Below the pieces are notes generated by a model. It ran no database searches. It saw only the letters and a program-made list of their open reading frames with translations, and had not been told where the DNA came from. From Mucisphaera calidilacus (GTDB taxonomy: Bacteria; Planctomycetota; Phycisphaerae; Phycisphaerales; Phycisphaeraceae): a stretch of DNA of 32,000 nucleotides. The position numbers and the translations under genes were made by a program. How positions within the stretch are numbered: the stretch's first letter is position 1; each line of letters starts with the position of its first letter. The stretch covers positions 390,001-422,000 of the forward strand of contig NZ_CP036280.1 in the NCBI RefSeq assembly GCF_007748075.1, in the 5' to 3' direction. This document shows positions 1 through 12,000 of the stretch, piece after piece.

Positions 1-3000
1 CGTCACCATCGACGTCGACGCGGCCAACGGCATCTTCGCACTCACCGAGACCAGCTTCATCCGTGGCGACGCCAACCTCGTCGCAGGGGCCAGCCCCGTT
101 GCCATGAGCAGCCTCGACATCAACTCAGGCGACATCGCCGACATCGCGGGCGTCATCGACTTCGCCGACGACAACTCGACCGTCAGCATCGAGACCACCA
201 ACGGCATCATCAACGTCTCGGGCAGCATTGATGCCGGCGACACCCTCACCCTCAACGGCAACACCTCAGGCAACGTCACCACGCCCGTCAGCGTGCAGAT
301 CACCAAACTCGTCTACGAGACCGTCAAGCAGACATTCCCCACCGACGACGGTGGGAACGCTCAGTTCACCATCGACCAATCCGGCAACCCGATCGACGAC
401 TTCGGCTTCCTCCTCAGCATCAACCTCGGCGGTCAGGTTGAGCTCGAACTCGATGGCGTCACACCCAAGCGGCAGCTTGACGCTGAGAACAACCCGATCC
501 TCGGCGACGGCCCTGTCTACCTGACCATCGACGGCGACGACAACCCCGTCACCGTTGACAAGCAAGGGCGCAAGCTCGAACTCCAGGGCAACGGCGACTA
601 CAACCTCGTCGACGAAGCCGGGCAACTCCTCGACGAGGCCGGTTTCGTCATCGACATCGACGGCGTGCGCCTCGACGCCAACGGCGACCGGATCAACGTC
701 TTCGGCTACCGCGTCGATGCCAACGGCAACTACCTCAACAGCACCGGTCAGACCGTCAACCTCTACGGCCAGCGTGTCGACGCCAACGGCAACCTGCTTG
801 AGAACGACGGTGCCGACAACTGGTCCGGCAACCTCGTCAACAGCGCCGGCTACCGCGTCAACAGCGACGGCCTCCTCCTCAACGCTTCCGACGGCCTGCT
901 CAACGGCGTCGGAGCTATCCGTGGTGCTGTCGATATTGGCGGAACCGACTACCTCACCGACCCGTACGGCAACCTCATCGACGACAACGGCGAACTCCTC
1001 GACGAGGCCGGCTTCCTCATCAATGAACGCGGCCAGCGCATCAACACCGACGGCACGCCGCTCTCGCCCATCGACACGCCGGTGCTCGGCGGCAACCGAG
1101 TCGCCGTCGACCCGCTGACTCTCGAGGACCCTGTCGCCGGCAACGGCACCATCGACGGCGGCGCACCCGTCACCGGAGCAGCGCCCAAGGGCACCACCGG
1201 GCACGTCGTTGTCGACCTGCCCATCCGCCAGAGCGGTGGCGTTGTCAACACCTCCGCACCCGACAGCCAGATCATCATCACCGGCACGACGGATATCGAG
1301 ATCAGCGGCATGGTCGGCCGGGCCTACATGCAGGCCGAGGAAACCGCCGTCGACACCGGCAGCGTCAGCATCACCTCGACCACCGGCGAGGCTTACATCC
1401 GCACCGATGCGCTCGTCAACGCTCAGGACGACATCAGCATCACCGCCGAGAATGTCTGGGCCCTCGACGAGTCGGTCGTCATCACTCGTGCTGACCATAG
1501 CACCACCAGCCTGGTTGCTACCGGCTCCGGCGATGACGGCAAGATCTTCATCGCACGCAGCGAGATCTACTTCTTCCGCGCCCTCGTCTCCGCTGCAGGG
1601 CAGGTCCACCTCCAGGGTAAGGACATCAACGTCTGGGGCACCATCACGGTCACCGGCGACTACGCCGATCCCGCCGAGACCACGCGATCCGCCGCGCACC
1701 TCGAAGCCGACCGGCACATCCTCGTCCGTGGCGAGATCCTCAGCTCCGGCCACGCCGACCTCGACGCCGGCCTCGCTGATATCACCGGTGCCATCGTTGT
1801 CGCCGCCGAGGGCAAGATCGCCGCCGGCTTCGAGTCTGACATCCCGGCCGACATCACGCTCGATACGCCCGGCGAGGTTTCGATCCAGTCGTACGACGAC
1901 GAAGCCAACGACGACCTCCAGTTTGCGGCGCCCTTCGTCTCCTACGAGCCCACCTTCGTCGACGTCGTCACCGGCTTCCGCCGCGTCGAGGACGGCTTCA
2001 TTCTTCGGCCTGTCTATTACTGGATCCCGACCATCACCACCGAGCAGATCGGCTACGACGAGGTGAAGGTTGGTAGTGAGTTCGGCTCCATGGAAGTCCG
2101 CCTCGAGCAGGACGGCTACGTCTACCTGGATGAGGACGGCAAACGGGTCTTCCGCGAGTACTTTGTCGAGGGCGTCGATTACAACGTCTCCGACCTCAAC
2201 TGGGACGGCAAGTACAACACCGGTGTCTTTGACTACTACGTCCTCGACGAACTCAACGGGTTCCAACTCCTCGACGAGATTGACGGTCTCGACACCGTCA
2301 TCGATCTCGTCTCCGACCTTGTTCGTGAGGATATTGGGCCGATCGTGACCTTCGCTCAGGGCGCAACCGCCGGCACTTTTGTCGGCAATCTCACCGGGTC
2401 GCCACTCGATATCCTCACGGGTGAGCCTCTGAATTTCCTCGTTAATACCTTCGACGCCTACTCCGAGGCGGACATTGTGGCCGCAGCCCTCACGGTCGCC
2501 GACACCCTGGCGATCATGAACAACGACCTCTACGTCTTCACCGACGGCATCTACACTCAGACGCCGACGAAGGCCTGGTCGGACCTGACCGACACCGAGC
2601 GTCTCAACGCCATCCTGGATTATTACGACGGCTTCAATCCTGCCGAGGACTCCGCCCGCAAGCTCTTCGACGTGAAGATGCTCTCAGGCTTCAAGAAGAC
2701 GGTCTCCACGGGTATCCCGCCGATCTTCACGCTGACCAACGCCTACGACGGCCTGTCGCGAGCCGATATCCTCGCCACCGGCTCGAACCTCACCATCGCC
2801 GACAACGCCACCTTCCAGTTCGTCGCTAATGGCGACGCGGACGCCGACACGATTACGCTGCTCAACGGCATCATGGCCACGAGCAGCTTCGCGCCGACAC
2901 TCGATGGCCTGATCTTTGAGCACGCGGGGTCCCAGCAGTTCGTCGCCGGATCGTTCATCGATAACGTGTTCCAGGCGACGCAGCTGCCGTTCAACCCGGG

Positions 3001-6000
3001 CATCCTTGGTCTCGACATCACGACGCACGAGACCACCAAGACCTACTTCGACTTCTGGATCGATCCCGATTACGCGCCCGAGGGTCTCACCCAGCAGCAG
3101 TATGTCAACGAGTTCCTCCCGGCCACCGAGATCCTCGCCGACTACGGCAACGACATCGACGCCCTCATCGCCGACACCTTTGTCGCCGGCCTCGACTACA
3201 ACGCCGGTTACGGCGACCCCAACAGCGATGATTACATCGCCAGCCTGTTCGAGCGCATGGACCAGATCCTGCTCGACCTCAACTACGAGAAGATCTACTC
3301 CGCCGACCGCGGCCTCGGCCAGATCAACCGCAACTTCGAGGGCACGCCGACCGTCGCGCTCTGGGACGTCGACGCATCATCCCAGGCTCGTGTTTACCGC
3401 GACGTCACCCTCGACGACGGCACCGGCATCAGCCTCCGTGCGCCGCAGGAGTGGTGGGACAACTACACCGTCACCGCCGTCGGCAACAACCGCACTGACC
3501 CCGACAGCAAGACGCTTCAGTACGTCGGCAATGTCGAGACCTACGACGAGACCGTCGGGCAGGTCCGTGAGGTTGCCCAGCTCCTCTACACCCAGGAGTG
3601 GTCCGCCTACACCCTCGGCCAGCCCTCCAACCCCGACCCGGGCGACCGCTGGTACACCGACATCATCCGCGACGCCGACGATGGCATCTCCGGACACAAT
3701 CCCGGCGGCTGGGTCGTCGATTACCTCCCGACGGCGTCGACCAACTGGGACGAGCCGCTGACCGCCTTCCAGCAGTACAGCATCAACGACGGTCGCGAGC
3801 ACAACGCGCTTGCCCTGCCCTTCATCTCGGATATCTACACCGGCTTCTACGAGATCGGCACGCTGGCCGTCGCCGAAGCCGATATCCAGCTGATACAGGG
3901 CGCTACCCAGCTCTACGACTCGCTCTTTGCCGAGAACATCATTGCGAGCGCCCTCAACCTCAACACCGTTGACAAGTCGGTCAAGGTCCCGTGGGAGATC
4001 GACTGGGACCGCAACGACCGCGGTTCCGTCGACGGGAATGGCAACACCTCCGGGTTTGAGTCCAACTGGCAGTACGGCGTCGATATCAACAACAACCTCG
4101 TCTACGGCCAACGCAACATCGGCAACAACCTCCTGCCGGTCGAGCAGGGCGTCAATCTCGAGGAACTCTCCAATTCATCACGCTACATCTACGACACGGC
4201 TGAGGGACGTATCTACCAGGGACGTGCCTATTACCTCACCAACGGAACCTATACCTGGGACGAGGCCCGCGACCTGCCCAACCAGTACGACTGGCTCAGC
4301 GACTACCACCTCGTCAACATCAACGACGCCTCCGAGAACGCCTACGTCGACGGCCTGACCGGCGAGTCCATCTGGCTAGGCGGCTACAACGTCAACGGCA
4401 CGTCGCACAACTCCTGGTACTTCGACTGGGACGCCGGCGGACGCATCACCCACTACAGCGGCTACAGCAACTTCCACCCCTCCGAGCCCAACAACCTCAA
4501 CGACGAAGACCACCTCCAGATGTGGAACGGCGGACTCTGGAACGACCTCGACGGGTCCAACCGGCTTCGCGCCGTCCTCGAACGCGAACCGCAATGGGGC
4601 GATATCACCGACTTCAACGAGACCTTCCGCGACTACATCTACAAGATGACCACCGACTGGAAGGACATCGAGGACATCCGGTCCGACATTACCTATCGCG
4701 TCTTCACCCAGGACCACGACATCTCCGGACGGCGCCCGCGTTATGCCACCGTCGAGAGCACCGTCCCCGTGATCAAGCTCGAGGCGGTGACCAACTGGAG
4801 CTACGAGCCCATCACCCAGCAGGCCGTCCAGTACACCAGTTCCACCGTCAACCCCGACGGTCCGGTTGACCTCACCATCTTCGACCTCGACACGCTGACC
4901 GCCTCGGGAGACGTCATCATCACCGCAGGCGATGACGCCCTGATCGACGGCAGCATCACCGCCAGCGACGCGGGTGGCGAGATCGTTATTACCTCCGCCA
5001 ACGGCAACCTCACCGTCGGCAAGGACACGCCCGTCAACCCGACCCTTCGCGACGTTGTCAATCTGACGGCCGCCGAGGCGATCGAACTCAACGCCGACAC
5101 CGGCGACGTCACGGTCGGCGAGACCGTCACGCTCATCATCACCGGCGACGAGGCCGACGGGCTCGCCGAGTCCGGCAGCCTTACCATTGATGCCGAACAG
5201 GCCGTCACCCTCGACGCCATCGTCGACGCAGCGGGCGAGATCCTGGTCTCCGCCGGTGCCGACATCACCATCACCAGCCAACTCACCGCCGGCTCTACCA
5301 TCACCGCCATTGCCGGCGACGATTTCTCCGGCAGCGGCTCGGTCATTCTTGAACCCGCCGTCACCGACGAGAGCATGTTCTCTGTCGGTGCTCGTCTCAC
5401 CGCGACCGACAGCGATGGCGCGATCACCCTCATCGCGGGCACTTTCTTCGGCGACATCACCCTCTATGACTCCACCCTCTCAGCGCACACCGTGACGCTT
5501 GAAGCCCAGGGCGGACAGATCACGCAGACAGGCGACGAGGCGACCGTTCCCGGCAATCCGACAGCAGCGCTGCCTGATTCCGCGGGTCAGATCATCGCCA
5601 ACACCCTGTACGCCACCGCCGAAATCGGCATCGATCTCAACAACACTTCCATCGCACAGGTCGACGCTGTCGTCAGCGGCGCAGGCGACCTGCTGCTCCA
5701 TGATTTCATCAGCACCGATGAAACCCTGCCGTTCGACACCGACGGGCTTGTGGTTCTCCGCCTCGAGACTGCAGATGGCTCCATCGAACTCGTTACCTCC
5801 GGTGACACTACCCTCGACAACATCCGGTCCCTCACCGACAGCCCCGACAACGACATCACCATCACCGTCAACACCGACGGCACCGGGACGCCCGAGACCG
5901 GCCTCGGGCTCATCCAGACGACCGGCCAGGGCGAGCTGCTGATCAGCGTGCAGGGCGGCCTGACCCACACCGGCGATCGTATAGCCGCCGACAGCCTCAC

Positions 6001-9000
6001 CATTGAGGCGCTCGGGACCGTCGACATCGCTACCAGCCTCGCGTCGATCACCGTCGATATGACGGGCCCCGGCAACCTGATCATTGACAACGACAGCCCC
6101 GACCTCACCCTCACCGACGTCTCCGTGCTCAACGGCGATATCCATGTCACCACCACCGGTGACCTCACCGCCCAGTCCATCACCCTGATCGCCGACTGGT
6201 ACGTCGGCCCCGATCCCGAGAACCCGACCCAAACGCTCTCCAAGCCCAACACCATCACGCTCGAGACCGCAGCCGGCAGCGACGGCGACATCACCGTCGT
6301 CTCGATCAACGGCGGCGCTTACGCCAGCACGGACACCGAGGCGAACCTCGTCCGCCTCGACATGCTCAACGCCGTTCTCCGCCAGATCGACACCGCGGAC
6401 ATCCCCGCCGAGTTCATCACTGAAGAGGCCCCCGAGGGCGAACCGGCCGTCAGCGTGATCGAACTCACGCTCGCCGAGGCCGAAGAACTCGCGGCCATCG
6501 TGCTCAACAGTTTCGCCGACGACGGCGCGCCCGACGCCATGACCGCCGCTGTCGCGCAGACGATCTACAACCGTGTCCTCGCCCTCGTTCAGTCCGTCTA
6601 TGCTGAGGACGCCACCGGTCAGGCCGATCTGCCGCCGGGTGTGAGTCTCCTGCTCTCCGACGCCGACGCCGACACCACCCAGGACGCCATTGACGAGACG
6701 CTCGCGCTCCTCACGCTCAGCAAGCCGATCTCCTCCTTCACTGCGGTCCAGCTCATCGCCGACGGCGAGGTCACCGGCCAGGACGACAACGACCCCGATA
6801 TCACCGGCGGATCGCTCATGATCCACGCCGGGGGCAGCATCACCGGTCTCAACACCGCCGTCGACAGCCTGGTTGACATCTTCTCCGACCGCGGAACCAT
6901 TGTCAGCATCAACGACAGCGATGGCATCGGCGCGGCCACCCCGGGTCTTCTCGCCTCCGTCATCAATGCGCCCCTCGCCAACACCAGTATCAACAGCATC
7001 GGCGGGCTTGTGGTCGGAACCGCCGTCGGCTCCAACCTCAATCTTGCCACCTCGCTCGGTGACATCTTCGTCACCAGCAGCGGCGAGGCCATGGCACTCA
7101 CCGCCTCCGGCAACATCAACGTCTCCGCACGCAACATCACCCTCAGCGGGCACGTGGATACGGCAGGGCGGCTCTCGGTTAACGCTCTCCAGACCCTCGA
7201 CACCTTCGGGCAGGCCGTCACCGTCAAGGCCAACGAGCTCTTCGTCAACGCCGGCCACGCCATCAATCTGGGCGGCGACCTCGCCGGCCTCGAAACCCTC
7301 GACCTCACCAGCCTCGACGACGTCAACATCCTCGACGGATCGACCGACAGGCCGGGTCTCAACGTCGCGCCGCGTACGCAGTCCCTCCAGTACCTCCTCC
7401 TGCAGGACCTCAACACCAACGCCAGCCAGCAGGCCGCGCTGGAGCGAGCCATCGTCGACCTCGAACTCGCCGTCGCTCAACGGCAGCAGGGCCAGCAGGA
7501 CGCCCTCGATATCCTCGATGCATCCAACCTCAAGACACTCCTCGGCACGCCGCTAGCGCTGCAGCAGATCCAGCTCGTTTCGCAGCTCACATCATTCGAA
7601 AACCTCATCACGCAGCAGGCCGAGATCCCGCTGCTCATCACACAGCTGCCCGAGTACCAGACCCTGCTCAGCACCCGTGCCACGACACTCGACAGCCTCG
7701 AGGGAGCCCAGTCGCAGCTCATTAACGACACCGAACGACTCATCACGATCGACGGCAACCTCGATCAGCTCACGCTCGATCTCGCGGACGTGAACAGCGA
7801 GATCGAAACTCAGCAGAGCCTGTCGACCGGACTCACCGGAGTACTCGACGATATTCTCGCTGAGATTGCTAATCGACCGAACTTCGACGAACCGACCGGC
7901 TCGGGCGAGGGGGCAGGCGTCTTCGATCTTGACGCGCTGCAGGCTATCGACCTTGCCGCACTCACCGACTCGCAACTCGCCGCCCTTCGTGACGACGTCA
8001 CGGCGAGCCGCAATCTGGTCAACGGTCAGCTCGACGAGCTGTTCGCCGACCGCAACCGCATCCAGTCGCTCATCAACGCCCCGCAGGGCCAGATCGGTGT
8101 GGTCCAGATCGAGGTTGATGGTTTCCAGCAGATCATCGACACCGCGCCCGCTCAGATCGACGCGCTGAATCTTGAGATCAACCATCTCGACGGCGCCATC
8201 ACCCAGTCCGAGATCGTCATCGAGCTTGCCAACAACCCGATCGACCAGCTGCTGCCCGAGATCAAGAGGCTTCAGCCTTATCTTGACTTGTTCTCGAAGG
8301 AGTATCAGGGCTTCTACACCGATACCTTGGAGAGAGACCTATCCGATGAGATCGCGGCTCTCCAGACCGAGATCAACAGCATGCAGATCTCGATCAACCT
8401 CCTCAACAACATCTTCGAAGTCCCCTTCGAAGACATCGGCCGGCTCATTCTCGACAATCTCTTCGAGCACGCCGACGTCCTGACTCCCGAGTACCGCCAG
8501 ATTCTCAACGACTACTTCGAGATCACAGGCGGCAAGCCCTACAAGGACATCAGCCCCGAACTCGCTGCGGTCTTCAGCCAGGCACGCAAGGACGCCAACC
8601 GCGAACGTGGCATCCTCCAGGAAATGCTCCCCGGTAGGATCAAAGATCTGCAGACGCTCCAGAGTCAGCAGGAAGAGCTCGAGCCCGACTTCCGCACCCT
8701 CGCGTACGCCCTCGGCGAAGTCGAACTCCAGCAGCTCAACAAGGATCTTTCTGCTGCGACCAACCAGCGTGATGACCTCCAGCGTGACCTCAACATCGCC
8801 ATCGAGAGCCTCCCCGGGGCTCAGAGCAATCTCAATAATCTCGTCGCCGAACGCGGTCAGCTCAACACCACCATCGCGGGTCTGAACAGCGACATCCTCG
8901 GATTCACCACGACACTCGACAACCTTGTCGTCCAGGAAACCAGCCTTCATCAGCAGATCGACGACAACATCCAGCTTGTCAGCAGCAGCCGCCTGAACCT

Positions 9001-12000
9001 CGGCTCCGACCTCCTCAGCGACCAGTCGATCCAGCTCGACAGTCTCGGTCAGATTTTCGAGGCTCAGATTCTTCAGACCAACGACGTGATCGCTGATACC
9101 GTCGACGCCTATCGTGACAATCTCGGTGCCGACAAGGCTCAGCTCGAGCAACTCAAGGCTCAGCTCAACAGCCTCAAGACCACCGGCAACAGCATCGCCG
9201 CCCAGTTGCAGGCCGCGCAGAACGCCACCGGCGGCGCCACCAGCATCCGCATCGACGCCGGCGGTTTTACCTCCGAACAGGACCTGAGCAACTTCAACCT
9301 GAACCTGCAGAACGCCAGCAGCGAGGAAACGCTCGATGAGGGCGACCCGATTCTCCGCGAGGCGAACTCCGGCTATCAGGTCTACCGCAACGTGGATACC
9401 GAGGAGCTCTATTACCGCGCCGCGGACGACGTCGAGAACGGCGACACCAACAACCGCGGCGACGACGCCTTCTATCTGTGGCGTGACTCCGTGGAACGCG
9501 ACCCTCAGACCGAAGAAGCCTTCTACACCGACCGCGCCACTGGACTTCAGTACGCCTGGCAGCAAGGCGTTCTCGATGACTTCTACGCCTTCGATTTCTC
9601 CTACTCGCGATCCGTCCTCGTTGACACAACTTCCGAGACCCGCACCGAGACGCGGCCCGACGACGGTACCTCCTACACGATCACCCTCAATCACCCGCTC
9701 TTCGAAGTGACCGACCAGCACGGCCGGCTCCTCATCGACGCCGACGATCCCGACACCTTCATCAGCGGTTTCGAGGACACGCAGTCAGCCGCCGACCACA
9801 TGTTCGTCACCCGCGAGCTCACGCCGGGTCAGCGCGAAGTCGTTTCCCTGACGCATGCCCTCCAGGACGCCATCGGCGGCGATGTCACGATTCACATCCT
9901 CGCCGAGGGTGAATCACTGCCGAGCCTGAGCGAGGGCGACGTCGTTGTCCGCCTGCTCAACTTCAACCCGGTGTTCCGACAGGTCCCCGCGAACGAGATC
10001 AGCTACACCAACCCCGACACCTACACGGACCAGGTGGTCGAGGAACTTCCCGACGACTATCAGGAATACAAGCACAACGGACAGGTTCTCGAGCCCGTCA
10101 TCATCGAGCAGCAGGGGGTCCTCGGCGTCACCGCGCAGAGCGTCTCCACGACCGACTTCATCTACTTCTTTGGCAGCCGCATCGACGGCCTGAATTCTGA
10201 ACTCAACCTCAGCACCGACGACCTCCGCATCCAGACCATCGACACCATTACCTCCGCTGCGCAGCTCGCCGGCTCCACCGTAGCGCGACTCGTCGCCGGC
10301 AACGCCATCGATCTGCTCGAGGGCGCACAGATCAACGGCGGCGACGTGATCCTCAACGCCTTCAACGGCCAGATCACCGGTCTCGAAGCCCTCGTCTCGG
10401 GTGATGATGTCGAAGCGAGCGCATCGGGCGGCATCCAACTCGGCACCGACGCCAGCACACTCCTGCTCTACGACAACAACGGCGACATCGTCATCCTCAA
10501 TACCTCCGCCTCCAGTAGCCCGATCGAGGTCAGTGAGGCCTTCACCAGCGGCAACGTCCAGATCGTCGCCAACAACCAGATCATCATCGACGAGATCGAG
10601 GGCGCCACCATCCTCGCCAACAGCACCGGCGCCGGACTCACCCTCCGCAGCTTCATCGACGCGACAGGCAACGTCTTCCTCGCAGCAGCACGCGACATCG
10701 ACGACGATCAGGCCGGCTCGCAGGTCAACGCCTCGTTCATCGCCGTCTCTTCCGGTCTCAACTTCCTCGCCAACACGCAGCAGTGGTCCGGGGAAACCAG
10801 CACCTTCACCAATTACAACCTCCTGCTCACTCAGGACATGATCGACTCCGGCGAGTTCAGCAACGTCGACATCAACGGCGATATCTTCATCGACGACAAC
10901 CTCGTCAGCACCCAGGACATCAATCTGTCCGCCAGCAACATCCGTTTCGGCAGCAACGCGGCCCTGAGCACCGCCGGTGATCTCGTTCTCAACGCGACGC
11001 AGTCGCTGATCCTGCCCGCCGTTCAGGCCGCCACGCTGGACCTCGACGGCCTCGGCGGCATGAGCCCGACCATCGCCGGCCGCGGTCTCACCCTCAATGC
11101 GCCGGTCATCCTCAACGCTGAGCGTAACCTGCTCGCCGCCGACACCCTCACGCTCGAAACCCTCGACGGCCTCGGGCTCAACCTCGACGCGCGTCGTGTC
11201 GACGCCATCCTCAACGGCCTGGGAAGCCTCGACCTCAACAGCCTCGGATCCGTGGAGCTTGGCGACATCCAGATCGCGCAGGGCGGCATCAACGTCGACG
11301 CTACCGGCAACATCATCGCTCGCAACATCAGCCTCGACCAGAACCGCTACGACGCCGGCGTCTCCCTCAACACCGAAGGCGAACTGCTCATCGATCAGCT
11401 CGTTCTCGGCGTCTGGAACACGCTCGAACTCAACGGCACCGCGGCCAACCGCAACCTCAGCAACACCCTCGACCTCAACTTCAGCGACGCGCCGCCCACC
11501 GATGTCACCGCCGGCGAGGAACTCTTCCTCGATCTGGTCGCGCTCGATCCGACACGCGTCTTCGCCGCCGAGTCCGGCCAACTCACTCTCGAGATCAACC
11601 TCGGTGACGGCACGACCCGGACCTTCAGTCTCAACACGGCCACCGACACCACGACCGAACGCCGATCCAACCAGACCCTGACCTCATCCCTTGCTGACAA
11701 CACCTTCGGCCAGACCCTCGCCGTCGGTGACGTCAACGGTGACGGCTTTGACGACCTCGTCGTCGCTCAGCAGGATTTCAGTTTCGGCCGTCTCGTCTTC
11801 GAAGACTTCGGCCGGGTAAACGTCTATCACGGCGACACCAAGGGGCTCAGCAACACACCCAGTCAGGCTTTTAACGGCAATACCCGGTTCAACGGTTACG
11901 GCACGTCCGTTGCTGTTCTCGACCTCAACGGCGACGGCTACGACGACATGATCGTTGCCGAACCCGGTTACCAGGGCTTCGTTACCGAGCAGACCGTCAA

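Noticed and set aside
266-2266. 666-aa ORF antisense to the giant gene. Similar long antisense or out-of-frame ORFs occur at 5480-7480, 8339-9721, 9914-11581, 4376-5281 and elsewhere.
   Set aside because: Their translations are V/D/G/A/E-rich low-complexity mirrors of the sense GAC/ATC/ACC/GGC/CTC codons. In a GC-rich gene the antisense in-phase stops require rare TTA/CTA/TCA sense codons, so long open frames arise for free. There are no motifs and no RBS. The equal 2001-nt length of two of them is coincidence.
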